A stretch of 64,000 bases of DNA from an uncultured Clostridia bacterium (GCA_947625435.1 CANQOI010000003.1:1591-65590); one strand, 5' to 3'; positions 7,737 to 18,168 are shown, numbered from the stretch's first letter. Notes: generated by a model not told the origin, from the sequence alone. Numbers and translations are program-made.

Positions 7737-10700
7737 TTACGCCTCGTACAGATCTCTCAGCTTGAGCAGATGCTCATACTTAGCCTTGGCGGCATCAGCA
7801 GCCTTGGCAAAGAGCTCCTCTGCCCTCTCCGGGAACGCCTGCTTCAGGCGGCTGTAACGCGTTTCACTCTGTATGAAGTCGATATAGCTCTCCGTAGGAG
7901 CCTTGCAATCGATCGTAAGAGGATTCTTGCCCTCAGCCTTGAGCGCAGGGTTGAAACGGAATGTCTGCCAATATCCGGCGGCAACAGCCTTCTTCATCTC
8001 GGACTGGCAGTTCGTCATGCCGCCCTTGACACCGTGCATTTCACAGGGAGCATATCCTATCACAATGGAAGGACCGTGATAAGCCTCCGCCTCCGTAAGA
8101 GCCTTTATAGTCTGGTTCATATCTGCGCCCATTGCTATCTGAGCCACATAAACGTAACCGTAGGACATGGCGATCTCGGCAAGGTTCTTCTTGCCTATGG
8201 ACTTGCCTGCCGCGGCAAACTGAGCTACCTGACCTATCTGGCTCGCCTTGGACGCCTGTCCGCCGGTATTGGAGTAAACCTCTGTATCAAATACCATCAC
8301 GTTTACATCCTCTCCCGAAGCCAGAACATGGTCGAGTCCGCCGAAGCCTATATCATATGCCCATCCGTCGCCGCCGAATATCCATACGGACTTCTTGGCA
8401 AGATATTCCTTGCTCGCAAGTATCGTCTTGCGCTCCTCACAGTCGCAGTCAAGTGTTTCGAGCTTTGCTATAAGCTTTGCGGCAGGCTCTGCATTCGCCT
8501 TGCCGTCATCCTTTGTATCAAGGAATGCGGTGCAGAGAGCCTTCACTTCATCATCGGAAGTCTTGTCGGCAATACGCTCAACACATGCTATGAGCCTGTC
8601 TCTTATGGCCTTCTGACCTAAGAATATTCCGAGTCCGTGCTCCGCATTGTCCTCAAAGAGGCTGTTGCCCCATGCCGGTCCGCGGCCTGAGTCACGGTTT
8701 ACAGTATAAGGTGTGGCAGGCGCCGAGCCGCCCCATATGGAAGAGCATCCGGTAGCATTTGAAATATACATGCGCTCGCCGAAGAGCTGTGTTATAAGTC
8801 TTGCATATGATGTCTCCGCACAGCCTGCGCAGGAGCCTGAGAATTCAAGCAGCGGCTGGTTGAACTGGCTGCCCTTTACCGAGAAATCGCTGAAGGATGT
8901 GGGCTTCTTCGTGACCGTAGCCACAGTATAATCGAATGCCGCCTGCTGATCCTTCTGAGATTCCTGAGATACCATGCGAAGAGCCTTTTCCTTGGCGGGG
9001 CACACATTTACGCACAGTCCGCATCCCATACAGTCAAGCGGGCTTATCGAAACCGTGAATGTGTATTCCTCGCAGCCCTTGCCCTTCATCTGTACCTTCT
9101 TTGTAGATGCCGGAGCACCGGCTGCCTCCTCCGCGTTCATGACGAACGGACGGATCGTGGCATGCGGGCATACGAAGGAGCACTGGTTACACTGTATACA
9201 ATTCTCGGGTATCCACTCAGGAACGTCCACGGCAACTCCGCGCTTTTCAAATGCGGCGGAGCCCTGCGGGAACGTACCGTCAGCTCTGTCCTTAAATACC
9301 GATACGGGCAGAGAATCGCCCTGCATCATGCCCACGGGCTGAAGTATCTCTTTCACAAATCTGGCAAGCTCCGGAGACTTACTGTTGACATCGCGCTCCT
9401 CTTTTACAACGGGAAGCGTCTTCCATGACTCGGGAACGTCGATCTTAACTATCGCGTCAACGCCCGCGTCTATCGCCTTATAGTTCATTTCAACTACGGC
9501 TTCGCCCTTCTTCATATATGACTTCTTGGCTGCCGCCTTCATATATTCGACCGCCGTATCTATCGGTAAAATGTTAGCGAGCGCGAAGAATGCGGACTGG
9601 AGTATAGTATTCGTCCTCTTGCCCATTCCTATCTCTCTCGCCTTGTCGATAGCATTTACTATATAGAACTTAATGTCGTTTTCCGCGATATATCTCTTGA
9701 CCTCTGCCGGCAGGTGCTTTTCAAGCTCCTCCGGAGTCCACTGACAGTTAAGGAGGAACGTACCGCCCGGCTTAACATCATTTACTATCTTATATCCCTT
9801 GAGCATGTATGACGGATTGTGGCATGCAACGAAGTCGGCCTTTGTTATATAGTACGACGACTTTATGGGCTTATCTCCGAAGCGCAGGTGCGATATAGTA
9901 ACGCCGCCCGTCTTCTTTGAGTCATACTGGAAGTATGCCTGTATGAATTTGTCCGTATGGTCGCCTATTATCTTTATCGAATTCTTGTTCGCGCCCACCG
10001 TTCCGTCTCCGCCGAGACCCCAGAACTTGCAGCTTATTGTGCCTGCGGGAGCCGTATCCGGAGCGGGCTTCTCCGCAAGGGAGTGATGCGTGACATCGTC
10101 CACTATTCCTATGGTGAAATTTCCCTTAGGCTCGTCGGCCTTGAGATTCTCATATACGGCAAATATGCTCGGCGGAGGCGTATCCTTGGAGCCGAGTCCG
10201 TAGCGTCCGCCTACTACCTTGGCATTTACGCCCTTGGAAGCAAGAGCGGCGGCAACATCGAGATAAAGAGGCTCGCCCAAGGAGCCGGGCTCCTTCGTCC
10301 TGTCGAGCACTGCTATCTTCTTAGCTGTTGAAGGTATAGCCTCTATGAGCTTCTCTGCGCTGAAGGGTCTGTAAAGTCTTACCTTAACAAGACCTACCTT
10401 CTCGCCGCGGGCATTCATATAATCTATTACTTCCTCAGCCACATCGCAAATAGAGCCCATGGCAACTATGACCCTGTCGGCATCGGGAGCGCCGTAATAG
10501 TTGAACAGCTTATAATTCGTTCCTATCCTGGCATTTACCTGATTCATATAATCCTCGACCACAGCGGGAAGTGCCTCATAATAGCTGTTGCACGCCTCTC
10601 TGTGCTGGAAGAATATATCTCCGTTCTCTGCGCTGCCTCTTAATACAGGATGCTCGGGATTGAGAGCTCTCTTTCTGAACTCCGCAAGAGCGTCCCTGTC

Positions 10701-11285
10701 TATCATGGAAGCAAGCTCGTCGTAATCCCATGCTTCTATCTTCTGTATCTCATGAGATGTGCGGAATCCGTCGAAGAAATTGATAAAAGGAACTCTGCCC
10801 TTTATCGCGGACAGATGCGCAACGGCGCCCAGATCCATGACCTCCTGAGGATTCGTGCATGCCAGCATCGCAAAGCCTGTCTGACGGCACGCATATATAT
10901 CGGAATGATCTCCGAAAATGTTGAGTGCGTGAGACGCAACGCATCTTGCGGAAACGTGTATAACGCAGGGAAGCAGCTCGCCCGCTATTTTATACATGTT
11001 AGGTATCATAAGAAGCAGTCCCTGGGATGCGGTATATGTCGTTGTAAGAGCGCCCGCCGCAAGGCTTCCGTGAACGGTGCCGGCGGCGCCTGCCTCTGAC
11101 TGCATTTCAATTACTTTAACTTTATCTCCGAAAATATTCTTAAGACCCGTAGCCGACCATGAGTCCGTCAGCTCAGCCATAACACTGGACGGCGTTATAG
11201 GATAAATACTCGCGACCTCTGTAAAAGCATAGCTCACATGAGCGGCGGCTGTATTTCCGTCCATTGATATCTTCTTTCTGGACAT
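7737..11285 (-). CDS. nifJ: pyruvate:ferredoxin (flavodoxin) oxidoreductase (PFOR)
   Basis: 1182 aa. N-terminus MDGNTAAAHVSYAFTEVASIYPITPSS. Two 4Fe-4S ferredoxin motifs (CIQCNQCSFVCPH, CMGCGLCVNVCP). TPP domain GGDGWAYDIGFGG. Confidence 0.9.
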   Translation of the reverse strand: MSRKKISMDGNTAAAHVSYAFTEVASIYPITPSSVMAELTDSWSATGLKNIFGDKVKVIEMQSEAGAAGTVHGSLAAGALTTTYTASQGLLLMIPNMYKIAGELLPCVIHVSARCVASHALNIFGDHSDIYACRQTGFAMLACTNPQEVMDLGAVAHLSAIKGRVPFINFFDGFRTSHEIQKIEAWDYDELASMIDRDALAEFRKRALNPEHPVLRGSAENGDIFFQHREACNSYYEALPAVVEDYMNQVNARIGTNYKLFNYYGAPDADRVIVAMGSICDVAEEVIDYMNARGEKVGLVKVRLYRPFSAEKLIEAIPSTAKKIAVLDRTKEPGSLGEPLYLDVAAALASKGVNAKVVGGRYGLGSKDTPPPSIFAVYENLKADEPKGNFTIGIVDDVTHHSLAEKPAPDTAPAGTISCKFWGLGGDGTVGANKNSIKIIGDHTDKFIQAYFQYDSKKTGGVTISHLRFGDKPIKSSYYITKADFVACHNPSYMLKGYKIVNDVKPGGTFLLNCQWTPEELEKHLPAEVKRYIAENDIKFYIVNAIDKAREIGMGKRTNTILQSAFFALANILPIDTAVEYMKAAAKKSYMKKGEAVVEMNYKAIDAGVDAIVKIDVPESWKTLPVVKEERDVNSKSPELARFVKEILQPVGMMQGDSLPVSVFKDRADGTFPQGSAAFEKRGVAVDVPEWIPENCIQCNQCSFVCPHATIRPFVMNAEEAAGAPASTKKVQMKGKGCEEYTFTVSISPLDCMGCGLCVNVCPAKEKALRMVSQESQKDQQAAFDYTVATVTKKPTSFSDFSVKGSQFNQPLLEFSGSCAGCAETSYARLITQLFGERMYISNATGCSSIWGGSAPATPYTVNRDSGRGPAWGNSLFEDNAEHGLGIFLGQKAIRDRLIACVERIADKTSDDEVKALCTAFLDTKDDGKANAEPAAKLIAKLETLDCDCEERKTILASKEYLAKKSVWIFGGDGWAYDIGFGGLDHVLASGEDVNVMVFDTEVYSNTGGQASKASQIGQVAQFAAAGKSIGKKNLAEIAMSYGYVYVAQIAMGADMNQTIKALTEAEAYHGPSIVIGYAPCEMHGVKGGMTNCQSEMKKAVAAGYWQTFRFNPALKAEGKNPLTIDCKAPTESYIDFIQSETRYSRLKQAFPERAEELFAKAADAAKAKYEHLLKLRDLYEA

Positions 11286-11322
11286 AATTACTCCTCCTTT
11301 GTTTATGAGAGTTAAAACGGTA

Positions 11323-12252
11323 TCACGCTCTTGCCTTTATTATCTTCTCGGCTATCGCCTCGGCCGTAAGGCCGTATTTCTCAAGCAGAGCGGCCGGAGT
11401 ACCGGATTTTCCGAATTTTTCCTCAACACCTATCATTTTAACCTTGCAGGGGTAGTTCTCGGAAAGAGCTTCGCATACGGCTCCGCCGAGTCCGCCTGTT
11501 ATATTATGCTCCTCAACCGTTACTATAAAGCCTGTTTCCTTCGCTGCCTTAACGAGTATATCCTTGTCTATGGGCTTTATCGTATGCATATCTATAACTC
11601 TTGCGTTTATTCCCTTTGAAGCGAGTATATCGGCCGCCTTGAGGGATTCCTGAACCATGAGTCCGGTGGCGACTATCGTAAGATCGTTTCCTTCTCTTAT
11701 CTCCACGCCCTTGCCTATCTCAAATTTGAATGTTGCGGGATCGTGGACTGCCTCAACGGCGAGTCTTCCCAGTCTCACATATACCGGTCCGTCATGATCT
11801 ATCGCGGCTTTGATCGCCTGATTGGTCTCCGCTTCATCGCAGGGGCTTAAAACTACCATGTTGGGAAGCGCTCTCATTATGGCAAGATCCTCGAGGCACT
11901 GATGCGAAGCTCCGTCCTCGCCTACGGTAAGTCCCGCATGCGTAGCGCATACCTTTACGTTAAGCTTCGGATAGCATATCGAGTTTCTTATCTGCTCGCA
12001 TGCACGCTCCGATGCGAAAATAGCAAATGTGCTGGCAAATACTATCTTACCTGTCGTTGCCAGTCCCGCTGCCACGCACATCATGTCGGCTTCGGCTATA
12101 CCCATGTTGAAATGTCTCTCCGGATATACCTTCTTGAATGTATCCGTCTTTGTGGACTTTGATAAGTCGGCATCGAGAACCACTATTCTCTCATCTGCGC
12201 CGTACTGCGCCAAAGCCGCTCCGTAAGCTTCTCTTGTTGCTACTTTACCCAT
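11323..12252 (-). CDS. transketolase, C-terminal (pyrimidine-binding) subunit
   Basis: 309 aa. ...FNMGIAEADMMCVAAGLATTGKIVFASTFAIFA... is typical of split-transketolase subunit B. Confidence 0.85.
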   Translation of the reverse strand: MGKVATREAYGAALAQYGADERIVVLDADLSKSTKTDTFKKVYPERHFNMGIAEADMMCVAAGLATTGKIVFASTFAIFASERACEQIRNSICYPKLNVKVCATHAGLTVGEDGASHQCLEDLAIMRALPNMVVLSPCDEAETNQAIKAAIDHDGPVYVRLGRLAVEAVHDPATFKFEIGKGVEIREGNDLTIVATGLMVQESLKAADILASKGINARVIDMHTIKPIDKDILVKAAKETGFIVTVEEHNITGGLGGAVCEALSENYPCKVKMIGVEEKFGKSGTPAALLEKYGLTAEAIAEKIIKARA

Positions 12253-12257
12253 TTATT

Positions 12258-13118
12258 TCAAGCCTCCTCTGCTATTTCCTTATCTATTTCGGCCATAAGA
12301 GCGTCCAGCTCCGCTATAGCCTGATCGCGCTGCTCCTGATTGGGAGCCGTTCCGTGCCATGCGTAATTGTTTTCCATGAATGAAACGCCCTTGCCCTTTG
12401 TGCACTTGCACACTACCATTGTGGGTTTTCCCTTAACTGTCTTGGCCGTCTCTATGGCGTCCTTTATCTGCTTGTGATCGTGTCCGTCGACAGTTATCAC
12501 ATTCCATCCGAATGCGGCAAATTTATCCGCTATGGGCTCAGGGTTCATTACGTCCGTTATGTTTCCGTCTATCTGGAGTCCGTTATAGTCAACAAAAGCC
12601 GTTAAGTTGTCGAGCTTATAGTGAGCCGCAGCCATGGCCGCTTCCCATACCTGACCTTCTTCAAGCTCTCCGTCTCCCAGTATGGAATAAACTCTGTAAT
12701 CCTTCTTATCTATTTTACCGGCAAGAGCCATGCCTACCGATGTGGATATTCCCTGTCCGAGAGAACCTGTCGACATATCTACGCCCGGCACGTACGTCAT
12801 GCTCGGATGTCCCTCGAGATAGCTGTCGGCTTTACGGAATGTGTAAAGATCCTTCTCCGGGAAAAAGCCCTTGACCGCCAGTGTCGCGTAAAGCGCAGGC
12901 GCGCAGTGTCCCTTTGAAAGCACGAATCTGTCTCTGTTCGGATCCTTCGGGTTCTTGGGATCTACTCTCATCTCGTCGAAATAGAGAACCGTGAAAATAT
13001 CTGTGCACGACAGCGATCCGCCCGGATGCCCTGATTTTGCGGAAAATACTTCTTCAATGATGTATTTTCTGATCTGCGTAGCTTTCTTTCGTAAATCAAG
13101 CTCTTTGCGCTTGTCCAT
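12258..13118 (-). CDS. transketolase, N-terminal (TPP-binding) subunit
   Basis: 286 aa. GHPGGSLS..., ...GDGELEEGQVWEA... and ...GSLGQGIS... are TPP-binding motifs. Confidence 0.85.
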   Translation of the reverse strand: MDKRKELDLRKKATQIRKYIIEEVFSAKSGHPGGSLSCTDIFTVLYFDEMRVDPKNPKDPNRDRFVLSKGHCAPALYATLAVKGFFPEKDLYTFRKADSYLEGHPSMTYVPGVDMSTGSLGQGISTSVGMALAGKIDKKDYRVYSILGDGELEEGQVWEAAMAAAHYKLDNLTAFVDYNGLQIDGNITDVMNPEPIADKFAAFGWNVITVDGHDHKQIKDAIETAKTVKGKPTMVVCKCTKGKGVSFMENNYAWHGTAPNQEQRDQAIAELDALMAEIDKEIAEEA

Positions 13119-13193
13119 AATTTAATCTCCTCCATATTTAAAATTTAACTCTTTATATATTGAGAGCTGCCGGAGTAAAATCCTCCCGCAGCT

Positions 13194-13634
13194 TCAATTT
13201 CTGTTTTCTATGGCTGTTATAGTATCAAGCCTCGCCTGATGTCTGCCACCCTCGTATTCCGCGTCGAACCACGCGTCAACTATCATCTTTGCAAGCTCCG
13301 TGCCCACTACGCGCGCTCCGAAGCAAAGTATGTTGGAATTGTTGTGAACCTTGGACATTTTAGCCGAAAAGGGTTCAGAGCAGCATGCCGCTCTTATTCC
13401 GTGCACTTTATTGGCGGCTATCGATATGCCTATGCCCGTCCCGCATATGAGTATTCCTCTCTCGCATTCACCCGAAGCGACGGCATTCGCAACCTCTTCC
13501 GCTTTCTCGGCATAATTGCTCGCTGTCGTGGACTCTGTACCGAAATCCCTGACCTCTACGCCCTTCGACTCGAGATGTGCTTTGATCACTTCTTTGAGCG
13601 CGACTGCGGTATGATCATTTCCGATCGCATACAT
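13194..13634 (-). CDS. rpiB: ribose-5-phosphate isomerase B
   Basis: The internal ATG at 13634 (MYAIGNDHTAVALKEVIKAHL...) has a GGAGG SD 10 nt upstream. RpiB/LacAB motifs ICGTGIGISIAANK are present. The longer ORF start (13748) lacks an SD. Confidence 0.8.
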   Translation of the reverse strand: MYAIGNDHTAVALKEVIKAHLESKGVEVRDFGTESTTASNYAEKAEEVANAVASGECERGILICGTGIGISIAANKVHGIRAACCSEPFSAKMSKVHNNSNILCFGARVVGTELAKMIVDAWFDAEYEGGRHQARLDTITAIENRN

Positions 13635-13829
13635 GTTTATCCTGCCTCCTGTTGTATAATATCGTAAAATATAAGCGGTTATCTCATATCTAACGCGCCG
13701 TATTTCCCATTTGCTTATTATACACTCCCGGCAAGTAAAATTCAACATAAATACCGCCGCCCGCGGCGCCGCATGTGCCGCGGAGCCGGTATGCGCCTTG
13801 CCTCTGTTACAGTTCCAAAGAATTTTCGT

Positions 13830-14054
13830 CTAACAGAAATTCATACAGACCAAGATGCAGAATGCCTTCATCATCTGTCCAAGGCTTTGCGGGTGTTTTA
13901 GTGATGATGATCTTTTTGAGTCCTTGTTGATCACAAAGTCAATCTCACATTGTTTTTTTGATCGTTTGCCCTCGCGGCTTTCTGAAATTTCAACAACCCC
14001 TACATCGACGGAATACTCGCGACATAAAAGTTCATTGTATATGATGTTCTCCAT
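13830..14054 (-). pseudogene. C-terminal remnant of a DUF4143-type (AAA_14/DUF4143) ATPase gene
   Basis: The 74-aa ORF ENIIYNELLCREYSVDVGVVEI... resembles the conserved C-terminal DUF4143 motif (...ENFV.NEL.RRGY.V.Y...) of proteins that are normally about 400 aa long. No upstream ATPase-domain ORF is present. Confidence 0.3.
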
Positions 14055-14130
14055 GATATGAAGCCTCCTTATACCGATAACTTACGGGTAATTACATATC
14101 ATATACATCGGCATTTCTTCATATTATGTT

Positions 14131-15114
14131 ATGAACAACAATAATAAGGCCGTGTATATAATGATGAGAGAAGGTTATTTTTATTTTATTCCCGCTGCGG
14201 GAGAAAACAGAGAGGAAAATAAAGCTCTCGGATATATTTCAATATCGAAAGCGCCCGGCAGATCGGCATATTCAGTTCAATGCAGCCTGAACAGGAATCT
14301 GCTCAAGCCTCGCGGCGTTCCGGAAATATATTTCAGTCCTGCGCCGCATGCCGATTCGCAGTCGATATCAATAGGCAAAGTACGCGCCGTTTCAGGCACA
14401 TCGCGTCTGTTTATAGATTCATACATTTCATATGACGCCGCGGAAGATCTTGACAGCGATATATATGCGGTCGTTTCATGCTCGGGCAGGACTCTATGCT
14501 ACAGCATGATAAATAAAAAAAGTGTTGAGACCGGCCCGGATCCATATGAAGCCCCGATTTCCGCAGCTAAACAAACGAATCCGCACAACGATCTCGGAGG
14601 CAGAGCTTTCGATCCGTTCGGCACAACCAATGACATGTATAAATGGTATATATACGATATTTTCGGCAATAATACGGTCAATAATGTCGATTCTGTCAAA
14701 AATATGCAGCAGATAGATAAGCTTTTCAAACATTATAATATAAATTACAGTGTTTTTGCCCGTCTGAGTGAAGGTATCGAGAACTCCGCATTCCTTAAAA
14801 TGGCGCATTCATCCGTGCAGATTGCCCTGCATCTGTTGAGAGGCGAATACTCGGATGCGCAGACAGGCAGACGATTTACGATCATAGGACTGCCGGGCTG
14901 GAATCCGACATACGGCAGATCTGTAAAACAGCGTGTAAGGCAGCCGCAGATACATCACAGTATATCAGGCGCGTCGGCCATACGCGGATGCTCCAGATGG
15001 ATGTCTGCCGTAAACAGGCCGCGTTTTGCTTATAACAGTAGCTACAACGGCTATTGGCTTTATTACTTCGACTCCGAAAGCGGTCTTCCCGTGAAAGCTG
15101 TTATGAAGGAATGA
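14131..15114 (+). CDS. hypothetical protein (327 aa), no recognised family
   Basis: A long ORF whose coding-like composition continues to its stop. The N-terminal poly-Asn suggests the true start may be internal (MMREGY...). Its stop is 3 nt from the convergent spmB stop. Confidence 0.4.
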   Translation: MNNNNKAVYIMMREGYFYFIPAAGENREENKALGYISISKAPGRSAYSVQCSLNRNLLKPRGVPEIYFSPAPHADSQSISIGKVRAVSGTSRLFIDSYISYDAAEDLDSDIYAVVSCSGRTLCYSMINKKSVETGPDPYEAPISAAKQTNPHNDLGGRAFDPFGTTNDMYKWYIYDIFGNNTVNNVDSVKNMQQIDKLFKHYNINYSVFARLSEGIENSAFLKMAHSSVQIALHLLRGEYSDAQTGRRFTIIGLPGWNPTYGRSVKQRVRQPQIHHSISGASAIRGCSRWMSAVNRPRFAYNSSYNGYWLYYFDSESGLPVKAVMKE

Positions 15115-15117
15115 TCT

Positions 15118-15615
15118 CTACGAGCATATCAGGCCGGCAGCGACCGCCGATACTAAATTTGCCGTGAGCGCAGCCGGCAGAACCCCCGGCATTTTACGTA
15201 TGCCGGAGCTTCCCGCATACACAGTCATAGTGTAAAATATCGTTTCAGTCGAGCCCATCATGACACATGCCGCCCGCGCCGCCGGTGAGTCCGCGCCGCA
15301 TTTTACGATTATATCTCTCAGCGTGGCAAGCGAAGCGCTTCCCGATACGGGTCTTATCATTATAAGCGGTAAAATATCGGCGCTCGCCCCTATTTTCTCC
15401 ATTATCGGTCTGAAAAGCTCCACTATTATGTCAAGTGCGCCCGACGCTCTGAAAACGCCGATCGCTACTATGAGCCCTATCAGCGACGGTACCAGACGCA
15501 CTATCGTCATTGCTCCGTTTTGAGCGCCTTTTACAAAACTGTCAAAGCACGGCACACCCTTTATAAATCCCACTGTGATTATGATCAGTAAAAATACCGG
15601 TATGATATATATCAT
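15118..15615 (-). CDS. spmB: spore maturation protein B
   Basis: The internal start MIYIIPVFLLIIITVGFIKGVP... is at 15615. Nucleoside-transporter-like membrane protein whose start overlaps the spmA stop. Confidence 0.75.
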   Translation of the reverse strand: MIYIIPVFLLIIITVGFIKGVPCFDSFVKGAQNGAMTIVRLVPSLIGLIVAIGVFRASGALDIIVELFRPIMEKIGASADILPLIMIRPVSGSASLATLRDIIVKCGADSPAARAACVMMGSTETIFYTMTVYAGSSGIRKMPGVLPAALTANLVSAVAAGLICS

Positions 15616-16217
15616 TATTGTCCTTCCTTTGCCTTTCGTTTCATTCTGACTGCGCGCATGCAGTAATATGCTCTTCTGTATACGCTGTATATTATAAGTG
15701 CGGACAAAAGCGATATGCCCGATACTATCCATGTGGGTACAAGTATGTCCGACGGATCCGAAGCTCCCAGTTCCGAGCGCATTGCTATCACTGTTGAGGG
15801 TATGAGCTGTATTCCGGCTGAGTTTATGACAAGGAACAGACATATATCCTTTATACTGTTATTCATTTCACGTACAGCCTCTATACCGGACGGCGTGGCT
15901 CCGTTTCCGAGGCCGAGAAAGTTAGCTGATATGTTGGTTATTATCGCCGATTGTGCTTTTTCGTTATTTTTTGTGCCCGGAAACAGCTTTGTTATAACGG
16001 GCTTTAATATTTTAGATGTGACTTTAAGTACTCCCGCGTCTTCCAATATCTGTATCAGACCGCACCAGAGTGCCACTGCTCCTATAAGCCCGAAAGCGAA
16101 TTTGACGGCCTCATCGGCGGAAGTCATGATACTCGCCGCGACCGAATGTATGCGCCCGGTAAAAATACCTGTTATCAATCCTGCTATAAGCAGTGCTGCC
16201 CATATGATATTAAGCAT
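15615..16217 (-). CDS. spmA: spore maturation protein A
   Basis: The start MLNIIWAALLIAGLITGIF... has a GGAGGAGG SD 7 nt upstream. Membrane protein forming the operon spmA-spmB. Confidence 0.75.
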   Translation of the reverse strand: MLNIIWAALLIAGLITGIFTGRIHSVAASIMTSADEAVKFAFGLIGAVALWCGLIQILEDAGVLKVTSKILKPVITKLFPGTKNNEKAQSAIITNISANFLGLGNGATPSGIEAVREMNNSIKDICLFLVINSAGIQLIPSTVIAMRSELGASDPSDILVPTWIVSGISLLSALIIYSVYRRAYYCMRAVRMKRKAKEGQ

Positions 16218-16309
16218 GATGCATCCTCCTCCGTACGTATCTGTAAAATTATATGAAGTTGTACCTTGCAGTATGTTCATGCATTTGTCGGGAAATATTT
16301 CCCAAACAT

Positions 16310-16338
16310 TTGACATATCTACATTTTTTATGTATTAT
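16310..16338 (+). promoter_or_regulatory. sigma-A-type promoter for abrB (TTGACA, 17 nt, TATTAT)
   Basis: The sequence reads catTTGACAtatctacattttttatgTATTATatattcg. The perfect palindrome GGGAAATATTTCCC (16291..16304) sits immediately upstream. Confidence 0.45.
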
Positions 16339-16387
16339 ATATTCGCATTCAATCGAATGATACTTATATATAAAGGAGATAATACGT

Positions 16388-16645
16388 ATGAGATCTACAG
16401 GAATAGTTAGAAAGGTCGACGAATTAGGAAGAATCGTACTTCCGATAGAACTTAGAAGAGTTTTGAATATTTCATACAAAGATTCTCTTGAAATATTCAC
16501 TGACAACAACATGGTAATTCTGAGAAAATATGAACCGTGCTGCATTTTCTGCGGCAGCGCAACGAACGTCGTTACATATAAAGGCAAAAACATATGCCCC
16601 GAATGCATATCCCGTATGCATGATGACATAAAGATCGCTCAATAG
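16388..16645 (+). CDS. abrB: AbrB-family transition-state regulator (clostridial type with Cys-containing C-terminus)
   Basis: MRSTGIVRKVDELGRIVLPIELRRVLNI... is the SpoVT/AbrB swapped-hairpin N-domain. The C-terminus is CCIFCGS...CPEC. AAAGGAG SD. Confidence 0.8.
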   Translation: MRSTGIVRKVDELGRIVLPIELRRVLNISYKDSLEIFTDNNMVILRKYEPCCIFCGSATNVVTYKGKNICPECISRMHDDIKIAQ

Positions 16646-16690
16646 TATGTCACACATGCATATATATTAATCTTCCTCGCTTTAGTTAAG

Positions 16691-16733
16691 TTTAATGCCG
16701 CTTTACTGTCCAAAGCGGCATTAAACATTTTTC
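16691..16733 (+). terminator. rho-independent terminator after abrB
   Basis: The stem TTTAATGCCGCTTT-actgtcc-AAAGCGGCATTAAA is followed by CATTTTTCT. Confidence 0.5.
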
Positions 16734-16754
16734 TATCATTGTGAATCATAAATG

Positions 16755-16815
16755 TAAAACAAAACCGCCGCATTTCAAAGCCATACTGTTACATACAGCA
16801 TCTGAAATGCAGCGG
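16755..16815 (-). terminator. rho-independent terminator after tuf
   Basis: The minus strand reads CCGCTGCATTTCA...TGAAATGCGGCGG followed by TTTTGTTTTACATTT. Confidence 0.5.
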
Positions 16816-16845
16816 GATTTATTCAGGTCTTATACGATTCCTGTA

Positions 16846-18054
16846 TTATTCTATGATCTTTGTAACCGTACCTGAACCGACAGTTCTGCCGCCTTCACGA
16901 ATAGCGAAACGGAGTCCTTCTTCCATAGCGATAGGAGTAATAAGCTGAACATCCATATCGATGTGGTCGCCCGGCATTACCATTTCCGTTCCCTCAGGAA
17001 GCGTTATAACGCCTGTAACGTCCGTTGTTCTGAAATAGAACTGAGGTCTGTAATTGCTGAAGAAAGGTGAGTGACGTCCGCCCTCTTCCTTTGTCAGTAC
17101 GTAAACCTGACCCTTGAAGTGCGTATGCGGATGGATCGTTCCGGGTTTAACAAGAACCTGTCCTCTTTCCACTTCGTTTCTCTGGATACCTCTGAGAAGC
17201 ACGCCGATGTTGTCGCCTGCTTCTGCCTGATCGAGCTGCTTTCTGAACATCTCAACACCGGTAACAACCGTGCTCTTCTTCTCGTCGCTGAGGCCAACGA
17301 TCTCAGCAGGATCTCCTACCTTTATAACGCCTCTCTCAAGACGACCCGTAGCAACGGTACCGCGTCCTGTGATCGTGAATACGTCTTCAACAGGCATAAG
17401 GAAGGGCTTGTCGATCGGTCTCTCAGGTGTAGGAATGTAACTGTCAACCGCTTCCATAAGCTCATGTATGCACTTATATTCAGGTGCATTAACATCTGTT
17501 GATGTAGATTCAAGAGCTTTAAGAGCAGAACCTCTTATGATCGGGATCTCATCTCCGGGGAATTCATATGAGCTGAGCAGCTCTCTGATCTCCATCTCGG
17601 CAAGGTCAAGTATCTCTTCGTCGCCTTCATCTATCATATCGCACTTGTTCATGAAAACTACGATATAGTGAACGCCAACCTGACGTGCGAGAAGTATATG
17701 CTCTCTTGTCTGAGCCTGCGGGCCGTCAGGACCGGAAACCAGAAGGATAGCACCGTCCATCTGAGCGGCACCGGTGATCATGTTCTTAACATAGTCGGCA
17801 TGTCCGGGGCAGTCAACGTGAGCATAGTGTCTGTTAGCTGTCTGATACTCAACGTGAGCTGTATTGATCGTGATTCCTCTTGCTTTCTCCTCCGGAGCGC
17901 CGTCGATTTCATCGTATGCCTTTACCTCTGCATCACCTGTAAGAGCAAGTACTTTCGTGATCGCAGCTGTAAGAGTTGTCTTACCGTGGTCAACGTGACC
18001 AATGGTACCGATATTTACGTGTGGTTTTGTTCTTACGAACTTAGCTTTTGCCAT
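16846..18054 (-). CDS. tuf: elongation factor Tu
   Basis: [33 protein letters not shown]... Full-length, 402 aa. AAGGAGG SD. Confidence 0.95.
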   Translation of the reverse strand: MAKAKFVRTKPHVNIGTIGHVDHGKTTLTAAITKVLALTGDAEVKAYDEIDGAPEEKARGITINTAHVEYQTANRHYAHVDCPGHADYVKNMITGAAQMDGAILLVSGPDGPQAQTREHILLARQVGVHYIVVFMNKCDMIDEGDEEILDLAEMEIRELLSSYEFPGDEIPIIRGSALKALESTSTDVNAPEYKCIHELMEAVDSYIPTPERPIDKPFLMPVEDVFTITGRGTVATGRLERGVIKVGDPAEIVGLSDEKKSTVVTGVEMFRKQLDQAEAGDNIGVLLRGIQRNEVERGQVLVKPGTIHPHTHFKGQVYVLTKEEGGRHSPFFSNYRPQFYFRTTDVTGVITLPEGTEMVMPGDHIDMDVQLITPIAMEEGLRFAIREGGRTVGSGTVTKIIE

Positions 18055-18113
18055 TTTAAAATCCTCCTTAACTTAGATATCATAACGAATTAAATGAAAA
18101 CGTATACTTGCAC

Positions 18114-18142
18114 TATATTACACTTTTCACCGTTATTTTGCA
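18114..18142 (-). promoter_or_regulatory. sigma-A-type promoter for tuf in the fusA-tuf spacer (TTGCAA, 17 nt, TAATAT)
   Basis: The minus strand reads TTGCAAaataacggtgaaaagtgTAATAT, about 60 nt upstream of the tuf start. Confidence 0.4.
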
Positions 18143-18168
18143 AGTATATTTTTGTCATGCAACTTTGT

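Noticed and set aside
7719-11099. Multiple 70-300 aa plus-strand ORFs inside the nifJ region (e.g. 7719..8621, 8132..8473, 10650..11099)
   Set aside because: They are antisense to a well-supported 1182-aa PFOR gene. GC-rich coding DNA routinely yields long antisense ORFs. No SD or family resemblance.
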